Shown piece after piece: positions 30,314 to 38,606 of a DNA stretch of 64,000 nucleotides. The stretch is from IMG/VR virus record IMGVR_UViG_3300029305_005387. One strand, 5' to 3'. A model generated the notes under the pieces. That model saw nothing but the letters and a program-made list of their open reading frames with translations. It did no database searches and was not told the origin of the DNA. The translations under genes and the position numbers were made by a program. The stretch's first letter is position 1. Each line of letters opens with the position of its first letter. The DNA is from a virus. Lineage: Duplodnaviria > Caudoviricetes.

Positions 30314-30637
30314 ATGGAAGTAAAATTCAAAACAAGTCGTTCTAGCATTCGACCTGAATTGCTAGACAAAACTAGTTCCAAAACTCAGGTATTCGTTCGT
30401 CAGAACATCAAAGAAGTTATGGAAAAAGATCAGGAAGGTAATGACGTTACTACATTCGAGTTTGAGGAAGCTAGACTTTCTAAACAGGAATATGCTCTTT
30501 ATGTAGTAGCTAATGCCCTTCAGGATGCCGACGTTGAAGTTCAGTTGGCATTAGCAGAACTTGCTGAGATGGTTGACGCAAGCAATACTAATATGGAACT
30601 TGCTCTTGCAGAACTTGCTGAAGCAATGATGGCTTAA
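30314..30637 (+). CDS. hypothetical protein (tail-fibre-module type), coupled to the RT
   Basis: Starts 2 nt after the RT stop; duplicated LALAELAE motif. Confidence 0.7.
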   Translation: MEVKFKTSRSSIRPELLDKTSSKTQVFVRQNIKEVMEKDQEGNDVTTFEFEEARLSKQEYALYVVANALQDADVEVQLALAELAEMVDASNTNMELALAELAEAMMA

Positions 30638-30680
30638 TCCATGTAAAATGAAAATTATTTTTTGAAAGGAGATCAATGTT

Positions 30681-30791
30681 ATGGCTAAAGTATATTACAA
30701 TCTTATCAAGAAGGGTCTTAGAACTATTGATGAAGTACCTGCAGCTTGGCGTGCAGCTGTAGAAGAGATGCTTGCTGCTGATGCAGAATAA
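30681..30791 (+). CDS. CD1375-like small protein (36 aa, not in ORF track)
   Basis: MAKVYYNLIKKGLRTIDEVPAAWRAAVEEMLAADAE with AAAGGAG RBS; pattern typical of small genes after Firmicutes phage fibre genes. Confidence 0.75.
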   Translation: MAKVYYNLIKKGLRTIDEVPAAWRAAVEEMLAADAE

Positions 30792-30814
30792 TTAAACATT
30801 AAGGAGGGATTGTT

Positions 30815-31051
30815 ATGCAATGTCCGAGATGTTTTAAAGATAACGTCTCCGCTGTAGGTGATACACATTATATATGTAACGATCCCAACTGCGTTGATGA
30901 TTCTGGAAAAAGAACTCAGTTCAAATTTGTTGAAGATGAAAAAGTTCATTTTCCGTATAATCAAATATTTATTACACGGAAAAAAAGTGAATTCTATCGT
31001 AAACCATATTTGAAACTTAGTCGAGTAGGTGTAACATCTGTAACAAAATAA
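30815..31051 (+). CDS. small Zn-ribbon protein
   Basis: MQCPRC...YICNDPNC, AGGAGG RBS. Confidence 0.65.
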   Translation: MQCPRCFKDNVSAVGDTHYICNDPNCVDDSGKRTQFKFVEDEKVHFPYNQIFITRKKSEFYRKPYLKLSRVGVTSVTK

Positions 31052-31086
31052 AAAATAGAGGAAGGGAGTGATCCCTTCCTCTTATA

Positions 31087-31200
31087 TCATTTCTTCTTAT
31101 ACTTATTTAAAATTTTCTTTAAAAACTTTTCAGCTTTATTTTCTTCATTCTTACGTGGTTCATGTTTATAGTTATCATCTTTTTTATTCTGTTTAATCAT
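31087..31200 (-). CDS. small basic protein (37 aa, not in ORF track)
   Basis: MIKQNKKDDNYKHEPRKNEENKAEKFLKKILNKYKKK with AGGAGG RBS. Confidence 0.5.
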   Translation of the reverse strand: MIKQNKKDDNYKHEPRKNEENKAEKFLKKILNKYKKK

Positions 31201-31276
31201 ATTATATTCACCTCCTTTATTTCATAATATATAATTCATGACTTTAATATAATCTTAATAGAAAGGGTGATGTTTT

Positions 31277-31708
31277 ATGTCAGTAGTAAATTTCATTATT
31301 CAGAACATTGATAACATTGTTTTAGTAGCTGCTTTAATCATTGCAATTTTATTTATGGTTAAACGTGGAGAAACTGCTAAATTGAAGGAAATTCTTTTTG
31401 GTTTGGTTACTGAAGCAGAACAGCAGTATGGTGATGGAACTGGAGTTCTTAAATACTCTGCCGTTGCAGGTTGGATTTACGAACGAATTCCTACATGTAT
31501 TCAATTCTTATTTACAGCTAAAGATATTGAGAAAATGATTGAGGCTGTATTATCAGAGGCTAAAGAGAAATGGTCTAAAAATGATAGTATTAAATATTAC
31601 ATTGAAAATCCATCTGCTATTGTAAGTTCTAAAGAAATTAAAGATGCTGTAACTAAAATTGCTGAAACTGCAATTGACAATGTTAAGAATGCAGAGATAA
31701 CTGAATAA
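31277..31708 (+). CDS. putative holin (LL-H-like)
   Basis: Single N-terminal TM helix followed by LVTEAEQQYGDGTGxLK...IEAV motif. Confidence 0.65.
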   Translation: MSVVNFIIQNIDNIVLVAALIIAILFMVKRGETAKLKEILFGLVTEAEQQYGDGTGVLKYSAVAGWIYERIPTCIQFLFTAKDIEKMIEAVLSEAKEKWSKNDSIKYYIENPSAIVSSKEIKDAVTKIAETAIDNVKNAEITE

Positions 31709-31766
31709 AAAAGAAAGGGTGGGAGGAACATTCCTCCCACCCTTTACTGCTAATCACTGGCTGATA

Positions 31767-31985
31767 TTATTCACCGAGAGCTTTCTTTAATTCGTCACTC
31801 TGATTAGTCTTCATATCTACGGCTGCGGAAGCAATATCATTGTTCATATTGATACAATCAGGACATGTGAAATTTTCCACATCGGTTTCCTCAGTAACTA
31901 CATAAACCTTATTACAATTTTTACATGTAGCTTTTTTCTGCCCTTCTGCGAGTTCCATTCCTTCGTTAAATAAAATTGGTGTCAT
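31767..31985 (-). CDS. small Zn-ribbon protein (paralog of 28514..28780)
   Basis: CKNC...CPDC, C-terminus LKKALGE. Confidence 0.65.
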   Translation of the reverse strand: MTPILFNEGMELAEGQKKATCKNCNKVYVVTEETDVENFTCPDCINMNNDIASAAVDMKTNQSDELKKALGE

Positions 31986-32067
31986 GTTAATTTTCCTCCT
32001 TATAGAAAATAAAATTGTTATATAGAACCCAAGGGTGCATCATGCACCCTTGGGTTGTAAACAGGTA

Positions 32068-33696
32068 TTACATACCATGAATCAGCCTAAGCTGGTACAA
32101 GGCGTTATTGTGGTCAAGAGCGTCAGAAACATGGTTGTATCGAGGATTCAACAGCTGTTCCACTAGGCAATCCCAAGGATCCATCTTGTTACTCATCACC
32201 ATCTTTACAAGGTTCAGAGAGAAGCCAGATACTAAGGTAACTCCGAGTTCATTTTCAGTCATCGGAATTGCTCCGCTCCTAGAATTTACATTCCAGAAGA
32301 TTACCTTAGGAAGCTTGTATCCGAGATTTGAGTAATGCTGCTTGATATTATCAAACAACGTTGTAGAATCACTACGATGACTGAGTCTCCATCCTTCATC
32401 GTCACAAACACATCCATCAAATTCCATATCAGAAATAATGAGGATATTCGCAGGAAGAGATTCTTGCTTCATATGAAATCTTACAGCTGTATCCAAAACC
32501 ATATTGAACACTGCTTCAATATTTGTGTTTGCAACTTCATGGAATCTACTCATGTAGTTCATTCTGTCAGCAACTGACTGACTACGAGCATTGTCAAGAT
32601 CAATGAATACAGGATGTTCACTAAAGCTTACTAACTTATTATGGAATTCACCACTCAGTTTTTCAGCAAAGTAAAGAGACAGTGCATCTGCTACATCTGC
32701 AGCGGACACTTTACTATCCTTTCCAACACCTGTTTCCATAGATCCAGAACCATCTCTAACTACAAGGGTACCACCGGTTCCTGCTGGAATAAGATTAGGT
32801 AAACACTTCCACATTGCTTCAAGTGTACTGACGTCCTCTCGGTTATATCCAACTCTTCGGATTTTGGAAACGATCTCATGAGGAAACAGTGTGGCAGCAT
32901 TCATCTTCTCTTTTCCAGAGTTGACATCCTCGATGAACTGTGTGTAGCGTTCCTCGTCATGCTTCATGAAAGCATTTCGATAGATCATACCAGCACGTCC
33001 AGGTACGTTAGGATATTTGATTTCACCCCATTGTCCATTAGACATCTTCACCTCTGTGACATCGATGTATCTGCGAAGCTGTGCAACTAGCTTGCGGTAT
33101 GGAGTCTCCAGTAAACCAAGTTTCTTCGCCATCTTACGAGCAGCTGCCTTCTGGTTTTTGTTGCTAAGAGAAGGTAACCACTTAGCCAGAAGAGAAACAC
33201 GATAACCTTTGTGCATATTTGCGAGGTCATCTTTAAACTGATCATTGATGGCTTTGTAAACCTTGTAGCTGAATTCAACTGAAGAATCTGTCAATTTCAT
33301 CAGATCATCCCACCGACCATAGAAAGGAATGAGTTCTTCAATAGTTTCTGTCTCGTTGTTTCTGATTCTAACTCTAACCAGTTTCGAAATCAGCTCAGGG
33401 TAGTACATAGCCATCCATTTAAGAATGACTCTAAACGCACGACGTTCTCCCATTCCTCCGCGGGGATCACGGAGGAAGAAAAGCCATCTCATGGCTAATT
33501 CCGGAGTCTCATCATAAGCAATGGACCACTTCTTGATGATCTCATCATCAGTCATTTTTCTCATCGCAGGAATAGAAAAATTGAGGTCCAGTAAGGACCT
33601 CCCAGTGGTCTTGTAAGCTGCTGCTCCGTTTTCAGTGAAAGCTCTGTTGTTAATGGAATCACTAACGGCTTTCAGGTTGTTTGCAAAGTTTGTCAT
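32068..33696 (-). CDS. DUF2828-like TROVE/Ro60-related protein with C-terminal vWA domain
   Basis: TENGA, LFFLRDPRGGMGERR, YGRWDDL, LAKWLPS, MIDAS DGSGSM, TNIEAVF, ISDMEFD, IFWNV; start reassigned to ATG 33696 (GGAGG RBS), 542 aa. Confidence 0.85.
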   Translation of the reverse strand: MTNFANNLKAVSDSINNRAFTENGAAAYKTTGRSLLDLNFSIPAMRKMTDDEIIKKWSIAYDETPELAMRWLFFLRDPRGGMGERRAFRVILKWMAMYYPELISKLVRVRIRNNETETIEELIPFYGRWDDLMKLTDSSVEFSYKVYKAINDQFKDDLANMHKGYRVSLLAKWLPSLSNKNQKAAARKMAKKLGLLETPYRKLVAQLRRYIDVTEVKMSNGQWGEIKYPNVPGRAGMIYRNAFMKHDEERYTQFIEDVNSGKEKMNAATLFPHEIVSKIRRVGYNREDVSTLEAMWKCLPNLIPAGTGGTLVVRDGSGSMETGVGKDSKVSAADVADALSLYFAEKLSGEFHNKLVSFSEHPVFIDLDNARSQSVADRMNYMSRFHEVANTNIEAVFNMVLDTAVRFHMKQESLPANILIISDMEFDGCVCDDEGWRLSHRSDSTTLFDNIKQHYSNLGYKLPKVIFWNVNSRSGAIPMTENELGVTLVSGFSLNLVKMVMSNKMDPWDCLVEQLLNPRYNHVSDALDHNNALYQLRLIHGM

Positions 33697-33730
33697 TTGA
33701 CGTACCTCCTTATTGTGTTGAATGTAGTTG

Positions 33731-34294
33731 ATTATTGACCATAAGTCACAATTTTCTTTTTCATATAATTCAAGAATAATGTTTGCTGTACATGACTTGT
33801 TGTCAATAATTGGAGTCATAGGACGCATTTTTTTGTATTCATATAATTTATACATAATGATTTGCTGTACGCGTCCAAAATATGATGATTATGAGGAAGA
33901 ATCATTTTTGTAAAGAAAGTAAACATAGGACTCTTTTAATTTTTGAAATTAATGTAAATTATAATTCTGAGAAGGAATTACATTTTACTCATCTCCCAAA
34001 CTCATATTCGCGGGGTGTCGAATTATGAATCATTATCTCACACACTTTTTATTTTTATATCTTTTACTGTTTTTATTTAGTAATTGATTGCTGTGTGAGT
34101 CCATTATTACTTTCTTTGAATAATTACCATAAATCACATTTTTGGATCTGGCAGATCCTTAATGTTGCCTTTTATGTAATAATTGCTGTGAGTGATTTCT
34201 GTAATTATTTTCATAAGACCCATATTCTTTTTCATATAATATAAGAATTTTAATTGCTGTAAGGGTCTTTAAAAATGATTCTTTGTTTCCTCAT
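33731..34294 (-). ncRNA. large structured leader/ncRNA with five ACAGCAA hairpin modules
   Basis: Five stems of different sequence, each followed by ACAGCAA and closed by AUG; long-range stem 33890-33908/34271-34294. Confidence 0.8.
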
Positions 34295-34306
34295 ATTCAC
34301 ATTAAT

Positions 34307-34337
34307 AATATATAATCGAAAAATCATGCTTATACGA
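34307..34337 (-). promoter_or_regulatory. putative early promoter driving the structured leader and vWA gene
   Basis: TCGTAT-N19-TATATT; TTTTTCGATTATATATTA identical to 63010-63027. Confidence 0.6.
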
Positions 34338-34404
34338 TTTACATATTTTCTCAGATTAAAATATATAGTTAGGACATGAATATAATTTAATATTCAAGTA
34401 TACG

Positions 34405-34974
34405 TTGAAAGGAGATTTCATTATGAAAATAGATAATGTTATCAAAAGTTTTTATGAAACTTATAACCGTGAAGCAATGGAATCCATAGATAGAATTTCT
34501 AAGGAAATTGGATTAGTTGAAAACGGTCATAGTATTAATGCGTTTAACATCATTGATGCATTTGATAAAATGGAAAGTTATATGAAAGGGTATGCTAATT
34601 ATAAAATTACCGAAAAGACTAATCCTAATGCATCATCTCAGTCAGATATTAAATCCTTGACTTATAAATTTATTGATAGTAATGTATTCAGTGAATGCAA
34701 GTTAGGATATAATGAGATTCCAGCTTTTATTGAATCATATATTAAGAGAACAGATTCTTTGATTAAAACATTAGATGAGATTAAAGAATCTATGTCTGTT
34801 GCTGATATTGATCAAGAGTCTATCGGTGATGTAAATGATATGGCAGATCATTTTGTTGAAAAATTACAGGAATCATTTAATCCTGTTATGGATAAAATTT
34901 TATGGGCTTCTGGATACAACGCACGTCAACGTTTGAGAAATGAAAAGGTACAACCAAAACCTGTATTCCTGTAA
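34405..34974 (+). CDS. hypothetical protein (likely start ATG 34423)
   Basis: About 183-aa ORF with AGGAG RBS. Confidence 0.7.
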   Translation: MKGDFIMKIDNVIKSFYETYNREAMESIDRISKEIGLVENGHSINAFNIIDAFDKMESYMKGYANYKITEKTNPNASSQSDIKSLTYKFIDSNVFSECKLGYNEIPAFIESYIKRTDSLIKTLDEIKESMSVADIDQESIGDVNDMADHFVEKLQESFNPVMDKILWASGYNARQRLRNEKVQPKPVFL

Positions 34975-35016
34975 TTAAAAAATATAGAATGGGTGGAAAA
35001 TTCCACCCATTCTATA

Positions 35017-35730
35017 TCATCCTCTTATTTCTGTATTTTTTACATATCCATACATCAGTCTTTTATATCTTTTTAGATCTTCTAAAGATGGTGTAGTGAG
35101 AGATTTGAATTTTACTTCAGGACTATCTTTGAATGGTTGTAGGTAATATTTATCAGCACCATTAATCATCTCTCTAATTCCTATAAATGATTCATCATCA
35201 TGAAGTTGCTCGACTACAGTAGTTCTGAATTCATAATCGCAATCACTATATTCGCCACCTAACATAATTGCATCAATAGAATCAGTAATATCTGTAATTG
35301 GTACAGCAAATTTACCTACAGTCTGAGGATATTTTCCAATGTTATTTTTTATATCCATAGCCACATAATCTACTAGTCGCTTATCAATTAAATATGATAA
35401 TGGACTTGATAAAATTCCATTTGTATCAAGTTTAATTTTGTAACCAAGACGTTTAATATCTCTGAATATTTCCTCAATATCATACATTAATGGCTCTCCT
35501 CCAGTAAATACAACACCTTCTAATTTATCAGACCTTTTCTTTAGGAAATCCATTAAGTAAGAGATATCGAATTTAGAAAACATACCAGGTTCCATTAAAC
35601 TAGAATTATGACAAAACGGACATCTTAAATTACATCCAGCAGTATAAACTACGCATGCAATATGTCCTGGATAATCCAATAATGTTGTAGGTAAAATATT
35701 TGCTATTTGTAAATCTTTATTGAACAACAT
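35017..35730 (-). CDS. nrdG: anaerobic ribonucleotide reductase activating protein (radical SAM)
   Basis: DYPGHIACVVYTAGCNLRCPFCHN, FTGGEP, KLDTNG, YEFRTTVV; ORF track start is 35769. Confidence 0.88.
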   Translation of the reverse strand: MLFNKDLQIANILPTTLLDYPGHIACVVYTAGCNLRCPFCHNSSLMEPGMFSKFDISYLMDFLKKRSDKLEGVVFTGGEPLMYDIEEIFRDIKRLGYKIKLDTNGILSSPLSYLIDKRLVDYVAMDIKNNIGKYPQTVGKFAVPITDITDSIDAIMLGGEYSDCDYEFRTTVVEQLHDDESFIGIREMINGADKYYLQPFKDSPEVKFKSLTTPSLEDLKRYKRLMYGYVKNTEIRG

Positions 35731-35802
35731 AACACTTTTCCTTTCTTTTAAAATTATCAAACTGCTCATTAATTATATTTAGTATGAATTGGAGGTTTAA
35801 AT

Positions 35803-36546
35803 ATGAATTTATCTAAAGCAGTTACTCAGTTAAAAATGCAATTAGGTCTATATGGATTGACTTTACCCTTTAAAGATGAACAGACTGGAGATCCAATCCC
35901 AACAGAGAATGTTATCAGAGAAGTATTAGTAAATATGACAATTCCTATATTCTCTCAATTTGCTCCATGGATTAGAGAATGTGAATGTAATATAAGTAAA
36001 ATGAAATTAGTTGATGAAGATCAAGCTATTTATTTACTTCCACATTATTTAACATTAACTCCGGTAATGTACGTCGTTGACGTTAATCTACCTTTCCAGA
36101 ATAATAGAGGTACTTTTGGTGACATCGCTCCAGCTTATGGTATCAATAGATCTGTTCAAGGTGTATTAACAAGTCAAGCATATATGATGGTAGCTGGTCA
36201 AATGAGAGCTGAACCAACTTTTGAATATCTAGGTCATAATAAAATCCGCCTATATGGATGGCCTAAGACAAGACTTCATTTCAAAGTGGCATGTCAACAT
36301 GAACCCAATGGTGAATCTATACCGGAAGGATATTATGATTCATTCATGGAACTTGCTACCCTTGATATGAAGGTATTCTTATATAATAATCTAAAATTGT
36401 ACGATGGTATTCCAACAGCATTTGGACAAATTAATCTAAAATTGGATGATTATCAGTCTGCAGATGCTGATCGTAATACTCTTCTGGATAAATGGCGTGA
36501 TACTTTCCATTTAGATATGGATTATGGAATTGGAGAATGGATGTAA
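35803..36546 (+). CDS. conserved jumbo-phage protein (possibly neck/structural)
   Basis: 247-aa ORF, GGAGG RBS; function not recognised with confidence. Confidence 0.6.
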   Translation: MNLSKAVTQLKMQLGLYGLTLPFKDEQTGDPIPTENVIREVLVNMTIPIFSQFAPWIRECECNISKMKLVDEDQAIYLLPHYLTLTPVMYVVDVNLPFQNNRGTFGDIAPAYGINRSVQGVLTSQAYMMVAGQMRAEPTFEYLGHNKIRLYGWPKTRLHFKVACQHEPNGESIPEGYYDSFMELATLDMKVFLYNNLKLYDGIPTAFGQINLKLDDYQSADADRNTLLDKWRDTFHLDMDYGIGEWM

Positions 36547-36605
36547 ATAATACAAAAAGATGAGGTGGACATGTCCACCTCATCTTCATTTCTTGTTTAT
36601 ATTAC

Positions 36606-37391
36606 TTATTTACCACGACTTGCATTTTCATCATTCTTCAATTTAAGTTTCATTGCAATGTTTGGTTGAAATTCAATGTGTTCCTGTCCCTCTTCCTCAT
36701 CATAGGAATAGAATACATCGAACAATCCAAGAACGTTCATCTGTACTTCAGAAACATCTGTACCGAGAGCTTCTTTGAACTTTACTTTCAGAACGTTTGT
36801 AATATTATCCATAAATATACAGAAAAGCGGAATTACTGCTTCTGATGTACGCAAGCTGGTTTTATATTCAGTCTGAAGACGTTCATATGCTTTCTCCTGA
36901 ATCTCTTTATAATATTCTACTTCTTTCTTAGAATTCAGCTGCTTCCAACGAATGAAATTTTCACGAGTCTTGTCTACACCAATACGAGGATCATCATCGA
37001 TGATATTTCTGTTGATAGAAATATATTCCATGATTGGCATAAAGTTACCAACTTTTTCATTCTCTTCATCATCATTATTGGTATAACCAATGTTGATAGA
37101 ATTGAAAATTTCCATAGTAAAGTTATTATAACTCTTCTGTTTAGATCTGATGAATTCAAGAATGGTAACGAATGTTGCATAGAATACAACTGCGTATACT
37201 TCAGTATTACCGGATTTCAGGTACATAGAAAACTGTTCTTCAGCTGATCTGGATGTTAGATCACAAACAAACTTTAGTTCTCTCGCATCATTTACTGCAT
37301 AATCTTTAAACCAACGAGTCGCAAAAGTCTGCTTCTTGACCTCTTTCTTTACATCAATTTCCTGTTCCACTTCTTTTGGCTTTCTAGGCAT
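36606..37391 (-). CDS. putative DNA-binding protein with HU/IHF-like segments
   Basis: EVQMNVLGLFDV...IEFQPNIAMKLKL resembles the HU arm and C-helix; located next to gyrB. Confidence 0.45.
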   Translation of the reverse strand: MPRKPKEVEQEIDVKKEVKKQTFATRWFKDYAVNDARELKFVCDLTSRSAEEQFSMYLKSGNTEVYAVVFYATFVTILEFIRSKQKSYNNFTMEIFNSINIGYTNNDDEENEKVGNFMPIMEYISINRNIIDDDPRIGVDKTRENFIRWKQLNSKKEVEYYKEIQEKAYERLQTEYKTSLRTSEAVIPLFCIFMDNITNVLKVKFKEALGTDVSEVQMNVLGLFDVFYSYDEEEGQEHIEFQPNIAMKLKLKNDENASRGK

Positions 37392-37469
37392 TTTTAATAT
37401 CCTCCTTGTGTTAAAATGAATTTATTGAGTTGATATTTCTGTTACTCTAATTAGAGAATATATAATTTA

Positions 37470-38606
37470 TTACGTATCGATTGTATCACGATCTACCACG
37501 AATTCTCTAATTAAGCTACGTCTTGCAAGAACGTCTGCAGGATTACCTCCACGTAGCATTTGGAAAATCTTCATGTCATTTTCAATATCACCTAAATTTA
37601 CACGTACTAAACTTCTGGTATTTGGATCCATAATAGTAGTACGAATATCAGCTTCATCATTTTCTCCAAGACCTTTAAAACGATGAAGAACGTTAGGTTG
37701 ATATTTCTTTAACATTTTTAATGTTCCAAGTACTGATAATTTATTTTCCATACCAGTCTTATTATTTCTCAGAATAAGATAACCATTTTCACCTGGCATC
37801 CATTCCGTAAGAATTTGAATTAATTCCTTAGATCTCTTGATGAAATCTACTGAAATTTCAAATACTTGTAATTTTGCATTGATTGAGCCTTTGATGAGTT
37901 TAGTGTTATCATCATAATAGAGTTCAGGGAATTCAATTCCAATTCGATCCATTAAATGTTGAATGTTAATAGATTTAATCTGTGATTCAATATCTTTATG
38001 GAATTCAAATTTCATCAATGCACATTCTTCCAGAATAATTTCAAGAAGTCTATCATTTGTCTTATAATGCTCTACAAGTAATCGGATATCATCAACATAG
38101 TTAGTTGTCTGACCTAAGAATTCTGTCAACTGACTCTTAGAAAGATATTCAATTGAATTTTCATCTTCAGTCATTTGATATCCTAACTTGTAGTCCTTAA
38201 GAGCTGCTTGGACATATCTCTCGATATATTCCTTTTTATTAATTACGAAAGGATCTTTTTTATCATCTACTCTGTAAAGAGGAGGTTCTGCTATAAACAG
38301 TCTTCCATCTTTGATAATATCTGGATAGAGTTTAAAGAAGAAAGCTAATAATAAGCTTCTAATAAAGTATCCGTCTACGTCAGCATCAGATGCAATAATA
38401 ATTTTGTCGTAATTCAATTTTGACATATCAAATTTTACACCTGCGTTACATCCCATGACAGTGATTAGATCTGTAAATTCCTTATTACCCTTCGGACCTA
38501 CAATCTGATCTAAAGTCATCTTGAAAACATTCGCACTGACGCCACGGATTGCAAAGAGTGCTTGAAATCTTGGATCTCTAGCCTGTTTTAGCGAACCCTT
38601 GGCGGA
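37470..38606 (-). CDS. gyrB: DNA gyrase subunit B / type IIA topoisomerase, exon 2
   Basis: SAKGS, IIASDADVDGYFI, PPLY, RFKGLGE; long insertion in the Toprim domain. Confidence 0.92.
   Translation of the reverse strand, partial: SAKGSLKQARDPRFQALFAIRGVSANVFKMTLDQIVGPKGNKEFTDLITVMGCNAGVKFDMSKLNYDKIIIASDADVDGYFIRSLLLAFFFKLYPDIIKDGRLFIAEPPLYRVDDKKDPFVINKKEYIERYVQAALKDYKLGYQMTEDENSIEYLSKSQLTEFLGQTTNYVDDIRLLVEHYKTNDRLLEIILEECALMKFEFHKDIESQIKSINIQHLMDRIGIEFPELYYDDNTKLIKGSINAKLQVFEISVDFIKRSKELIQILTEWMPGENGYLILRNNKTGMENKLSVLGTLKMLKKYQPNVLHRFKGLGENDEADIRTTIMDPNTRSLVRVNLGDIENDMKIFQMLRGGNPADVLARRSLIREFVVDRDTIDT

Noticed and set aside
33697-33855. 53-aa N-terminal extension of the vWA ORF given in the ORF track
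   Set aside because: It overlaps two structured RNA modules; the strong GGAGG RBS and family-like start (MTNF...TENGA) are at 33696
33731-34294. CRISPR array or tRNA cluster
   Set aside because: No identical direct repeats with regular spacers, no cas genes, and no cloverleaf/TTC/CCA features; conservation is structural plus short motifs
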